A stretch of DNA of 64,000 bases from Candidatus Bathyarchaeia archaeon (GTDB taxonomy: Archaea > Thermoproteota > Bathyarchaeia > Bathyarchaeales > Bathycorpusculaceae), in contig JBEKSS010000014.1 in NCBI GenBank assembly GCA_049516875.1, positions 1 to 64,000 on the forward strand, given 5' to 3'. Shown here one piece after another: positions 53,101 to 63,357 of this stretch. Made by a program: the position numbers and the translations under genes. Within the stretch, counting starts at the first letter, position 1, and each line of letters starts with the position of its first letter. A model generated the notes under the pieces. The model had not been told where the DNA came from. It did not search any database and saw only the letters and a list, made by a program, of their open reading frames with translations.

Positions 53101-55182
53101 TTGAAAATGTACTCATTGATCATCACCGAAAAACCTGATGCTGCTAACAGAATAGCCTCAGCACTAGACGTTGCAGGGAAAGCAAAGAAAATCGTGGACA
53201 ACGGCGTTCCATACTACGTGGCGAAAAACGGCAAGGAAATAGTTGTGGTTCCAGCTTTAGGACACCTGTACACGGTAGCAAGCCAGGGAAAAGGCAATTG
53301 TTACCCAGTTTTTGACATAAAGTGGGTTCCACGATACTTGGCTGAACGAGGAACACGGCAAATCCGAACATGGCTTGAAACAATTTCAAAACTGGCGAAA
53401 GATGCAGACACCTTCATCGATGCATGCGACTACGATATAGAAGGAAGCGTAATTGGCTATTGCATACTGAAATACGCGTGCGGGAACAAGGAAAACATTT
53501 CAAAACGCATGAAATACTCCACTCTCACTAAAGAGGAACTTGAAAAATCGTACGCGGAACCATTGCCAAATTTAGATTTTGCCGTAATACAGGCAGGTCT
53601 GACGAGGCACGAAGTAGACTGGCTTTACGGCGTAAACCTTTCCAGAGCTTTGACGATAGCCGCCAAGAAATGGAGCGGCCAATACGCTGTTCTCAGCACT
53701 GGAAGGGTACAAGGGCCGACACTCAAACTTCTTGTAGCACGAGAAAAAAGCATCAGGTGTTTTGTCCCAGATCCATACTGGACCGTGAAAGCAACGATCA
53801 GGATAGGCAACTCGTTTTTTGAGATTGAACATGAAAAAAGAGTTTTTAGGGTTAAAGACGAAGCCGAGGCTGTAGTTAACTTGTGCAAAGGGAAGAGCGG
53901 CGCGGTGGAAAAGATTGAGACTGAAAAGTTCCAGCAGATGCCTCCGCTGCCCTTTGATCTGGGTTCCCTTCAAAGCGAAGCTTACAGTCTCTTTGGGTAC
54001 ACGCCGATGCGCACTTCAAGCGTAGCTCAGCGCCTATATCTAGACGCGTTAATCTCATATCCGAGAACCAGCAGCCAAAAACTACCATCGGCAATAGGAT
54101 ACGAAACGATCCTGAAGAATCTAGCCAAAACCGATGAATTCAAGAAACTAACTGCTGAACTTCTCGTTGAGCCAAAGCTGAGGCCAGTCGGGGGAAAGAA
54201 GGAAGACCCCGCCCACCCCGCCATTTATCCCACAGGAAATCTTCCAGAAAAGACTCTTGACTTCGCTGAGAGAAACATTTGGAACCTTGTCGTCAGAAGG
54301 TTCATGGCTGCTTTTGGCGGACCAGCCGTACGTCAAAGCGTAAAAGTTACTATCAAAATAGATGGAAGCCAGTTTCATTTGAGGGGCATGCAGACTTTGC
54401 AGGAAGGCTGGATCTGTTTCTACAAACCCTTCGTTCGGTCGGAGGATACGTTTTTGCCGGAGATGAAAGAAGGGCAAGGAGTGAGCGTTGAAAAAGTGAT
54501 TTTGGAGGATAAGTTCACTAAGCCGCCACCTCGGTACAATCCCAGCAGTTTGCTAAGAAGGATGGAAGAAGAAGAAATCGGAACAAAAGCCACTAGGGCG
54601 GGAATAATACAAACTCTCTATGACAGGAAGTATATTCGTGATGAAAAAATCGCGGTAACAGACCTCGGCTTTGAAGTGACGGACATCCTCAAGAAATACT
54701 GTCCATCCGTTGTATCCTTGGAGCTGACGAGAAAACTCGAAGAGAAGATGGATGAGATTCAACAGGGCAAAGAAACAAGAGAAAACGTCCTAACCGACAC
54801 GATTGGACTTTTGAAGCCAATAACGGAGAAGTTGAAAGAGAAAGAAAGAACAATAGGAGAACAGCTAACCCAGGCGATCAAGAAAGCCAAACTGGAAGAA
54901 CGAGCAGTCGGCGCATGCCCGACCTGCCAGAGCGGAAAACTTGTGATTTTGACTTCAAAAAGAACGGGCAAACGCTTTGTTGGTTGCACAAACTATTTTG
55001 AAGGCATCTGTAAAACAGCGTTTCCCCTTCCGCAAAGAGGCTATGTGAAGCCGTCAGGCAAAGCGTGCAAAGGCTGCGGCTGGCCGACCATACTGGTGGG
55101 GATAAAAGGAAAGCGTCACTGGAACCTGTGTTTTAATCCTGAATGCCCGCTTAAGGAGAAGAGGAAAAACGCTGCACTGTAA
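53101..55182 (+). CDS. topA: DNA topoisomerase I (type IA)
   Basis: TEKP, DYDIEG, STGRVQ, ISYPRT, C-terminal Zn ribbons. Confidence 0.96.
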   Translation: MKMYSLIITEKPDAANRIASALDVAGKAKKIVDNGVPYYVAKNGKEIVVVPALGHLYTVASQGKGNCYPVFDIKWVPRYLAERGTRQIRTWLETISKLAKDADTFIDACDYDIEGSVIGYCILKYACGNKENISKRMKYSTLTKEELEKSYAEPLPNLDFAVIQAGLTRHEVDWLYGVNLSRALTIAAKKWSGQYAVLSTGRVQGPTLKLLVAREKSIRCFVPDPYWTVKATIRIGNSFFEIEHEKRVFRVKDEAEAVVNLCKGKSGAVEKIETEKFQQMPPLPFDLGSLQSEAYSLFGYTPMRTSSVAQRLYLDALISYPRTSSQKLPSAIGYETILKNLAKTDEFKKLTAELLVEPKLRPVGGKKEDPAHPAIYPTGNLPEKTLDFAERNIWNLVVRRFMAAFGGPAVRQSVKVTIKIDGSQFHLRGMQTLQEGWICFYKPFVRSEDTFLPEMKEGQGVSVEKVILEDKFTKPPPRYNPSSLLRRMEEEEIGTKATRAGIIQTLYDRKYIRDEKIAVTDLGFEVTDILKKYCPSVVSLELTRKLEEKMDEIQQGKETRENVLTDTIGLLKPITEKLKEKERTIGEQLTQAIKKAKLEERAVGACPTCQSGKLVILTSKRTGKRFVGCTNYFEGICKTAFPLPQRGYVKPSGKACKGCGWPTILVGIKGKRHWNLCFNPECPLKEKRKNAAL

Positions 55183-55468
55183 AAAGACTTTTGTTAGGAC
55201 CGGCGCGTAATTTTCCGTCAACCTTCAGCGGAATGTTTTACGTTTTACATGGAATATCGGGTGAGCTGCCCGCATTTTTTCAGGGCCCTTCAAAAAGCCA
55301 AGCGGATAAACTCCCACAAAATTCACAGATTACCCGCCGGCTCCAGAGTTTATTGGAGACACTGAATCAAGTTTGCTTGAAGGAGAGGCCCTGATAGATG
55401 ACAGAAAAGCTTAACTTTTCAGGTTGATACTCTTCGTTTTGATCGGTTTACATACACGGTGATGTTCT

Positions 55469-55717
55469 TTGTCTGACGAGAAACTTGCAGATTTTCTTAA
55501 GACTGGAAAAGACTGGTCAAGGCTAAGGGCGAGTGTTCCAAGCGTCTACGTTGTGAAGCTTCCACCCTACAGGAGCTCTCCAGCCCGCCTGGTAGTCGAG
55601 CTCAACCCGGTGGACGAGACCGGAACCCCGAAGAAGAGCGCGCGCGCTAATTCGCCGATTGAGAGTTGGATTCAACGTGATTTGGGACATGTATGCTCGA
55701 TTATTATTGAAACGTAA
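55469..55717 (+). pseudogene. Hypothetical protein apparently truncated at GCGC tract 55637-55649
   Basis: Protein-like up to VELNPVDETGTPKK, then SARAN read from the tract. Confidence 0.5.
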
Positions 55718-55786
55718 TTCAGTTTATAAAGATAATAGCGCGCGCGGTCTAATATAGTTCAGATATGTGCTTGGAGGAACATGTGT

Positions 55787-55927
55787 TTGGGGAGTGTGCG
55801 CACAAAACAGATCAAACGAATGGCTAAGGAGCTTATCACACGTTTTCCTGATAGGTTTTCTAATGATCGCGTCATCTTATTAAGTGTTTCAACTTTTTGG
55901 AAGCCAAAAAGAAGCGAAGACAGATGA
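55787..55927 (+). pseudogene. rps17e: Ribosomal protein S17e N-terminal fragment
   Basis: MGSVRTKQIKRMAKELITRFPDRFSND then unrelated sequence; GGAGG upstream. Confidence 0.75.
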
Positions 55928-56251
55928 TGAGTGGCTACACAGAGGGTTGGGCTCTTCAGCATCTTCGTGAAGCGAAAGTGGAGCTTGTGGCTCCAAGAAA
56001 AATGCCTTACATGGCGCTAAGTCCGGTTTTACATGCTGTGAGGAAAGCATGAAACGCCTTCTACCACAACCTAAGCAAGCCTACATTCTCGTTTTCTCAC
56101 CATTACCCTTGACATAATCTCCCTCCGAGATACTGCCTTTTTGGCTGCAAGTAGGGAAGAATTCAAGCGCGCACGGAGAAAAAAATAGGGAAAGTTACGT
56201 GTATAACACCATTCTCCCAATCAATAATGACTCAACAATTTAGTAATAGAG

Positions 56252-56332
56252 TTACTTCTTTTCCTCTGGCTTTTTCTCTGCGGGTTTCTTTGCCTCTTTT
56301 TTCTCTTCCTTCTTCTTTCCCTTCAAGGGCAC
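56252..56332 (-). CDS. Very small Lys/Glu-rich peptide
   Basis: GAGGTGA before GTG; MPLKGKKKEEKKEAKKPAEKKPEEKK. Confidence 0.45.
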   Translation of the reverse strand: MPLKGKKKEEKKEAKKPAEKKPEEKK

Positions 56333-56556
56333 GTCAATCACCTCGTGCTTGTTGCTTTTATGCTTTCTTAAAAGGCCTTGGGTAGGAGAGCGCACGTGGA
56401 TTTTTCAGGAATCTCTCCTCTCTTTTTCAGGTTTTTCGCCCGATTTTGTGACTGCTCAAGTACAGCAACATATGCGTGGTTTAGGCAACAGATGGAAAAT
56501 AGTCTTAAGAGCCGTCACGCGCGCCGTTCAAAACCTACCGCAAAGTTGCAGACACG

Positions 56557-57153
56557 TTAAAACTCATTTTCAAGTGGCAGAGCCGCTTCTTTCTTAGACT
56601 TTTCGAATGCTTTTTCTCTCCACTTGTTCTTCCAGCTTTTCCATCCTGATTTTACGAGTTTCTCTCTTAGCTCAGGTCTTTCCCCAACCCATTCCAGAAG
56701 TGTCCAGAAACGTCTTTTGTCTTCCAGCCTTTCCGCTGGTACTCCTACTTCAACACACCATCTTATGTAGCCTCTTTCAACCGTCTCTTGGAGTTCGCCT
56801 GTGATTTCTACTTCTTCCACGTCGAATCCTCGGTCTCGCAGGTGTCTGCGTATGCCGGACAGAACGTATCCTGAGCAGACCTTAAAATGGGTTTCCACAT
56901 CGGGCCGCATAACCTCAACGATCTCATCAGCAATCTTCACTGCGTCATCCAAATACCTCTTATTCTCGAAGTTTGGCGGCTGGAAGGACGAGACAGGGAT
57001 CCTGCGTTCCATGTACCGACGGTCTGGAGGCTTGAGGGCACCGATTACTACGCCCAAGATAAGGTCTCCCCATCCGGCGTCGTCTATCAAGATCTCTTTT
57101 CTTGACATAAACCGATTCAGCCCCATAACCCAACCGCCCAAGACCCATAGCAA
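56557..57153 (-). CDS. Hypothetical protein, possible RNase H fold
   Basis: ILIDDAGWG resembles RNase HII DEAGRG. Confidence 0.6.
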   Translation of the reverse strand: MLWVLGGWVMGLNRFMSRKEILIDDAGWGDLILGVVIGALKPPDRRYMERRIPVSSFQPPNFENKRYLDDAVKIADEIVEVMRPDVETHFKVCSGYVLSGIRRHLRDRGFDVEEVEITGELQETVERGYIRWCVEVGVPAERLEDKRRFWTLLEWVGERPELREKLVKSGWKSWKNKWREKAFEKSKKEAALPLENEF

Positions 57154-57384
57154 ACTGACTATTACAAGCTGTTTGATGCAAATTATAGTGTTTTCTAATT
57201 CTTTTACCTTTTTACAAGTAGCAGCAACAATCGCCTAGACAAAGCGCGCGTGTATGAAGTGATAGAATGACGGCCGAGGACAAGTCGAAGAATTCTGAAC
57301 TAGAAAAGGGGCCAACTGAAAAACAAGAAGAAACTTTTCGCCGTGCCAAGGAAGTTTATAAACAGGTAAGGAGGATCTCAACGA

Positions 57385-57588
57385 ATGAGTGCGGATGCTA
57401 AAGGTCCAAAGTTTGAGAAAAAGTGCAAAGAGATTCATCCAGATGGGAAATGGACTTGCCCGAACTGCGGCACAAAGCATGAGCATCCGCACTGGGAAGA
57501 CCATCATCAAAAACAGAAAGTCGACAAAAACTTCTGCAAAGACTGGTGTAAAGAATCAGATGGTTCGTATGAGCTGACGCTTGACTAA
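57385..57588 (+). CDS. Small Zn-binding protein
   Basis: AGGAGG upstream; WTCPNCG, CKDWC. Confidence 0.6.
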   Translation: MSADAKGPKFEKKCKEIHPDGKWTCPNCGTKHEHPHWEDHHQKQKVDKNFCKDWCKESDGSYELTLD

Positions 57589-57713
57589 AGACATAAATGC
57601 GGGCTGTCTCCTTACAACCCTAATATCAAATCATTCCTCGGTTAAGACCCGATGATCCGTTAGGGGAGGGCAAAATTCACGGTTAGTAGTCTTTATCCGA
57701 AGGGTGAGCAATC

Positions 57714-57875
57714 ATGAGATCTGAGCAAGAAATAAAAGACAAGCTGAAAGAGTTTGAGGAGATCCTGAAGACAAATCCGCGATTCTACGGTTGCCTTGCA
57801 TACGAATTCTATGCGCAGAAAGACGCTCTCGAGTGGGTTCTGGGACTAAAAGAGCTTTTGGTACCGACAACCTAG
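57714..57875 (+). CDS. Small virus-like protein
   Basis: GGGTGA upstream; MRSEQEIKDKL...ALEWVLG. Confidence 0.55.
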   Translation: MRSEQEIKDKLKEFEEILKTNPRFYGCLAYEFYAQKDALEWVLGLKELLVPTT

Positions 57876-58319
57876 TCCATTTTTTCTCTTAAGTGCCATT
57901 ATGCAAAGGGTGCATCAAGTGAAGCCAAAGAAAAAGATCGTAGACGGAATATCTCCTATGAGAGTGCTTTCTCTGTTATATTGGCTATGCGAAGACTGTC
58001 ATCAGAGGAAAGGAAGCGCGAGCCCTTCAATTAACCCTTCTTTTTCTAACGGGTGAAAATATGATGAGCGCACGCGCTATAGTGTAGCGGACGCTTATAT
58101 GCCCTTTACAAAAGCCTTATGTTGCCAGTGTATAGAAGCTTCCCGCACATTCCCTATTTTTCTCTGATACATAAAATTGGCTTGAAGGAGATTTCTTAAA
58201 GGGATAAGCAAGCTTTAACAGCGATTTCCATTCTATAATAGCTGGAGCGAAGACATGAAGTGACGAGACTGTCGATTCATAGACTATTCTGCTATTTCCC
58301 TTGAGGAGGTAAAAGAGGA

Positions 58320-58547
58320 ATGAGATTAAGAGTTTTGCAAATAAGCAGTTTAGTTCCGCCAGAATGGGGATTTACAAAGACCGAGGCAAAGAAACCAGCT
58401 GGATTCTGTACGCTTAAAGAAGCAACAGAATTCGCCATGCAAAATTTAGGTTTGAAACAGGGCGAATTTAAAGTGTTAAAGGGCAGAGGAGTCGATTTAG
58501 ACGGCAATCCTAAAGGAAAATGGATTCTTAAAGTTAAGATGGAGTGA
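58320..58547 (+). CDS. Small hypothetical protein
   Basis: GAGG upstream, AT-rich context. Confidence 0.5.
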   Translation: MRLRVLQISSLVPPEWGFTKTEAKKPAGFCTLKEATEFAMQNLGLKQGEFKVLKGRGVDLDGNPKGKWILKVKME

Positions 58548-58746
58548 TTTCAAATGGGCAGAATGGTAATCCACGATTTGGTACTTCCGATAGTTCTTAG
58601 GAAAAGAACAACATTAGGATAAAAGGGGGAAATTATAAAAAATTTTAGTTAGATATCTTTGTATCGAATTCTTGTTAATACTGCTACAGCAGAAAAGCAA
58701 ATGAACTTTAGAAAAATAATACTTGCACTTCAAAAGTCATTTTACT

Positions 58747-59010
58747 TCACTTCGCTTTCACTTTTTTTCCATAAACCACATAACTCTTACCTTTCTCTGT
58801 TAAACTAACCATTTTAGGTGCCTTACTATTGTCTATAATGAAAAGTCCTTGACTCTCCAGATCCTTTATGTCTCGCCACCATCCAGGCAATTCATATAGT
58901 GGAATAGGCTCATTTGTTTCAGCCAACATCTTAACTATGTCCCTTCTGTATTGCTCTCTTCCTTTGATACCTTTTATAGGCTTGATTTCCTTAACCATCA
59001 ATCCTTCCAT
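58747..59010 (-). CDS. Small wHTH-like protein
   Basis: IKDLESQGLF...VSLTEKGK. Confidence 0.55.
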   Translation of the reverse strand: MEGLMVKEIKPIKGIKGREQYRRDIVKMLAETNEPIPLYELPGWWRDIKDLESQGLFIIDNSKAPKMVSLTEKGKSYVVYGKKVKAK

Positions 59011-59190
59011 CTATCTCGCCATGTTCTCTTCTGGTTCAAATATTAATATCAATTTTAATTAAATATACCCACTCAAAAGTTCTGCGTCAACCTGTTTTTC
59101 GAATCGTGGGTTGGCATCTCGGTTGTTTCCCACCAGCCTCTTTCCTGCGATTTGTATCCCAACCTGACTTTCTCCGAGCCTGTCTTGCAG

Positions 59191-59352
59191 TCATGAGCTG
59201 AAGCCTCTCCTAACAGCCTGCTTCAACGCTTCTTGAAGGCATACATGACAGAGTTGACCGCCATACATGCGTTGAAGTCTCCTCCTACTGGCTGAAAGGT
59301 TCGTAGATTAGATGGCATCAACATAGGAACGCTAGGCAAGACGCGACCACAT
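59191..59352 (-). pseudogene. rpl34e: Ribosomal protein L34e C-terminal fragment, frameshifted
   Basis: CGRVLPSVPMLMPSNLRT / SASRRRLQRMYGGQLCHVCLQEALKQAVR. Confidence 0.7.
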
Positions 59353-59841
59353 TAGCGCACGCCCTGCGCGCTAAAAACAGTTGTAGCAGTCAAACCTAAC
59401 TATGCAACACGGAGACCATCAGCGGCTTCACCAGAATATCCTCTGCTTTAATGTAAAAGCGTCCCGAAAATGTGAGAAAAAAGGGAGAGTAACCCATCGC
59501 TGTTAGCTCTCTATTTAGTTTTCTTTTTACTTCCTTTTTTCTTCTTTCCGGTCGGACTTTTAGACACGATTGCGACCTCAATCCTACAGCTATCAGCGAT
59601 TCCTCTATATATAATTTCATATGCACTCAGTGTACTGACACATTATCCAAAATCTGCCCAAATACGGTTATTAACAATAAATTAACAATTTTTTGAAGAG
59701 AAAATGTTGCTTGGAATTTTCCGGATGCGAGGAGTCAACGCACAGTCAGATGGGAATCGAACTGGCCGGTCCGACCTGACAATGTCGTCCAACATTCAAG
59801 GGAATTGCTTAGCGTGCTTGCGGAGCGCGCGAGATCAAGCG

Positions 59842-60063
59842 GCGCGCTGGCCTGTCCCGAAATTGGTGTAAAATGGTTTTTATTCTTCTTTTACCTATTC
59901 GCGTCTAATACGGGCTTGTTTGACGTGCAAATCCTTGCCGTGTTGACGGATGGCAAATCACGGGAGCTCCGGCACATCCTACAGGAAGCATTGTTTTCCC
60001 ATATCCAAACCCTAAAAAAGGAATAAATACCATTTTTAACCATTTTAGGACAAGCCAGCGCGC
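59842..60063. mobile_element. MITE-like element 2, inverted relative to element 1
   Basis: Terminal IR GCGCGCTGGCYTGTCC; subterminal blocks match 48031-48222. Confidence 0.65.
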
Positions 60064-60075
60064 TAGCAAAGATGA

Positions 60076-61047
60076 TTAGTCCGCTAGTTTCAGCTGCCTT
60101 TTCAGGGTCTTGTAGCGGTTTCTCACCGTGACCTCAGTGACGCTTGCTGCTTCGGCTATGTCCTTCTGTGTCTTCTTCTCGTTGTTCTGCAAACAAGCGA
60201 TATACAATGCTGCAGCAGCCAACCCCATAGGGTCTTTTCCGGCGGCAGCCCGTTTATTTCTGGCTTCTCGAAGAATCCGTATAGCAATTCCTTGGGTCTT
60301 GCCCGAAATTCCTGTTCTTTCAGCGATTTTTGAAACGTACGTGAGGGGGTCAGCGATGGGCATGTGCATGTCAAGTTCACGCAGCAAAAGGCGGTAGCAA
60401 CGGGCAACGTCCTTTTTATCGACTAGGCTTGCCTCTGCGATTTCATGAAGTGCTCTTGGGGTTCCACTTCCACGGCAAGCCGCATAAGCCGCAGCAGCCG
60501 TTATGGCTGCGATAGACCTTCCGCGGACTAGGCTCTTATCTAAGGCTTTACGGTAAATGACCGCAGCCTTCTCTTTGATTGGGCGTGGAATGTAGACCTT
60601 GCCTGAGAGGCGGTCAAGCTCAGCCATTGCCTGGGCAAGGTTTCTGTCGATTGAAGAGTGCACTCTTGAGCGTATCTGCCATTTTCTTAGACGCCACATT
60701 TGCAGACGTGTCGAGAGTGGAAGTTTTCTTCCGAAGGCGTCACGGTCAACTTGGCTTATGGCCGTTGACAAGCCTTTATCATGGACAGAATAAGACGTTG
60801 GCACTCCAACGCGGCTTCTTGACGCTTTCTCTTCCTGGGTGAAAGCGCGCCATTCCGGTCCTTTATCCATCATTTGCCCGTATAAGACGAGTCTGCAGTC
60901 GCCGCAAACAGTCTCACCAGTATCATAATCATGGATAAGGTTTACACCAGCGCATTCCGGACACTTATCTCGCAACGTTTGCTGAGACCGTGCCACTTTC
61001 TTTCTCTTTTCCATCTTTTCTGTCTCTATCATGTGGAGTAGGGTCAT
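60076..61047 (-). CDS. tfb: Transcription initiation factor IIB
   Basis: CPEC...CGDC, GPEWRAF, two cyclin repeats, VTEVTVRNRYK. Confidence 0.95.
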   Translation of the reverse strand: MTLLHMIETEKMEKRKKVARSQQTLRDKCPECAGVNLIHDYDTGETVCGDCRLVLYGQMMDKGPEWRAFTQEEKASRSRVGVPTSYSVHDKGLSTAISQVDRDAFGRKLPLSTRLQMWRLRKWQIRSRVHSSIDRNLAQAMAELDRLSGKVYIPRPIKEKAAVIYRKALDKSLVRGRSIAAITAAAAYAACRGSGTPRALHEIAEASLVDKKDVARCYRLLLRELDMHMPIADPLTYVSKIAERTGISGKTQGIAIRILREARNKRAAAGKDPMGLAAAALYIACLQNNEKKTQKDIAEAASVTEVTVRNRYKTLKRQLKLAD

Positions 61048-61534
61048 AACAGATAACCTTCACAAAACGCAATTCGTCATATTACTGATCAGAATTTGAG
61101 CGATTTGATCGTTAGTCCGCGCGCGCTTGTACAATTGCAATGTGTGCTGAATAAACGTTTCGGCATGGTAATTTTTCAGTTAAGGTTTGATACCGTTAAG
61201 ATAAATTGGACTAAAACCAATGAATACAAGAAGCTACAGTAAAGATATAACTGGGAAAACTAAAGAAACTGGTGGAGGGCAACTATGTCCAATCAAGCTT
61301 CATCTCGGGGGTTCAACTTTTTTAAAGGACTCTTAAGATTCTAGCTGATTCTTCCGAAGACATAAGGCTTTGACAGATATCGTATTTGTATTTAAGGTCC
61401 ACTAGCCATGCAGGTTAAGGCGGCATTTCTTTTGGGCGCTGTGATATCGATCACTAGCGCGCGCTGTAAACTTGTGTTACGGAAAGTTTAAAACTTCTTG
61501 AATGACAAGGTATTAGTCGTAGGAGGAAAAGATT

Positions 61535-62155
61535 ATGGAAACAGGCAAACTCTACGTTCTGCCGAAGCTGCCCTACGATTACGGAGACTTACAGCCGCAC
61601 ATGTCTAAAGAGCAGTTGACGATACACCACGACAAGCACCATCAAGCATACGTCAACGGTGCAAACGCGATACTTCAAAAGCTTGATCAGGCCCGAAAAG
61701 AAGGAGCCGACCTGGACGTCAAATCCACCCTGAAGGAACTGTCCTTCAACATAGGCGGAAACCTTCTCCACTCACTGTTCTGGAACAACCTGGCACCACC
61801 GAAGAAAGCAGGCGGAAAACCAGGCGGAGCCCTGGGCGACGCCATGGACAAAGAGTTCGGAAGCTTCGACAGGTTCAAGAAAGAATTCACACAAGCAGCC
61901 GCCAGCGTTGAAGGCTCAGGATGGGCCGCCCTGACCGTCTGCAAACAGACCAAAAGACCCATAATAATGCAGATAGAAAAACACAACACCAACGTGTACC
62001 CAGGCTTCCAAATCCTCATGGTCCTAGACGTCTTCGAACACGCATACTACATAGACTACAAAAACGACAGAGCCAAATACATAGAAGCATTCTGGAACAT
62101 CATCAACTGGAACAAACCGAACGAAAGACTCCAAGAATTCCAAAAACAAACCTAA
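61535..62155 (+). CDS. sod: Fe/Mn superoxide dismutase
   Basis: [23 protein letters not shown]. Confidence 0.96.
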   Translation: METGKLYVLPKLPYDYGDLQPHMSKEQLTIHHDKHHQAYVNGANAILQKLDQARKEGADLDVKSTLKELSFNIGGNLLHSLFWNNLAPPKKAGGKPGGALGDAMDKEFGSFDRFKKEFTQAAASVEGSGWAALTVCKQTKRPIIMQIEKHNTNVYPGFQILMVLDVFEHAYYIDYKNDRAKYIEAFWNIINWNKPNERLQEFQKQT

Positions 62156-62222
62156 AAAACCCCAAACAACCCACACAACCCACACTTTCTCTACACCAAA
62201 AAACAAGAAGCCAACATCGATT

Positions 62223-62283
62223 TTTTGAGGCTCAAAGAAATCACGGATTGAGTACTCAAACACAAGGACTCAAAACCCAACAT
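62223..62283 (+). repeat. Copy of the ~61-bp repeat
   Basis: ttttgaggctcaaagaaatcacggattgagtactcaaacacaaggactcaaaacccaacat. Confidence 0.9.
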
Positions 62284-62406
62284 ACCCAGCACCGCACAAA
62301 AGCATAGATAACTGAACCCAACATCGCCGCACAGCCTGTTCTCCAAAGACTAACACGGCAAAAGGCAGAGAAGAGAACGGATTGAGCCTTCGAACGCTTA
62401 CACTTC

Positions 62407-63357
62407 TCACTTCACAATCAGAACTGCCTCATTCGCATAGTGAACAACATGGTCACTCACACTGCCCAACAGAAACCTTCTGACACTGCTGTGACCCTTG
62501 TTTCCCATCACTATAACATCGTAGGCCTCTTCATTAGACACATCAACAATGACCTTGGCCGCATCGCCTGATTCCAGCGTCTGCTCCACTTTTGCGCCCT
62601 TGAAGAGATTTGCAGCGCTTGAAAGTATTCGGTCTCCAATCTCCTTGCTCAGCTCAGGCCTCATCCTGAACAAGCTTGATTCCTGCACATAAAGCAACGT
62701 CACCTTAGCATCAGTTTTCTCGGCGATTATCGCAGCATGTTCCGCCGCTTTCTGCGATGCTTTCGAACCGTCGACTGCAACCAGAATCTTCGAAATCCGC
62801 GTCTTTTCCGCCCCCACCAAGACCGGAATCTTTGCGTGACGCACAACCTTCGCGGCTACACTTCCCAAGTGCGGCTTCTCCTCTTCCTCCCCCGCGCTTC
62901 GCCCCATAACTATCAAGTCATACTTCTCTTCCTCAGCCTCTTTAACTATGGCCCCAGCCGGATCAGCATGCTCAAAAAGCTTCCTATCCGCCGAAACGCC
63001 CCGCTCCTTGAAAAGGGCCACAGCCTCATCGAGAATCCCCTCGCCCTCTTCTCGATATGCACTAATGATCTCACCCACAATCTTACTAGGTCGAGAAGTC
63101 GAAGGCTGTCTAGGCATCTGCGTCGGAATCGTATAGTCTCCCCTCGTAATGCCAGCCGCAGGCATATCAGTGTCCCCCCCTCCCGGAAGGAAGTCTCGCA
63201 TAGCAGGGTTCATCAGTTCATGCGCCACAACGTGAAAAGCCGTAACCTTCGAACCAAACTTTTTTGCTATCAAGGCCGTCAATTCCTCAGCGGCTAGGGA
63301 AGAAGTCGAATCGTCAACAGGAATCAGAATCTTCCCGAAGAATTGCTTCTCTTGCAT
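62407..63357 (-). CDS. Tandem universal stress protein
   Basis: Two KIL..VD.S...DLIVMG...LGSV domains. Confidence 0.92.
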   Translation of the reverse strand: MQEKQFFGKILIPVDDSTSSLAAEELTALIAKKFGSKVTAFHVVAHELMNPAMRDFLPGGGDTDMPAAGITRGDYTIPTQMPRQPSTSRPSKIVGEIISAYREEGEGILDEAVALFKERGVSADRKLFEHADPAGAIVKEAEEEKYDLIVMGRSAGEEEEKPHLGSVAAKVVRHAKIPVLVGAEKTRISKILVAVDGSKASQKAAEHAAIIAEKTDAKVTLLYVQESSLFRMRPELSKEIGDRILSSAANLFKGAKVEQTLESGDAAKVIVDVSNEEAYDVIVMGNKGHSSVRRFLLGSVSDHVVHYANEAVLIVK

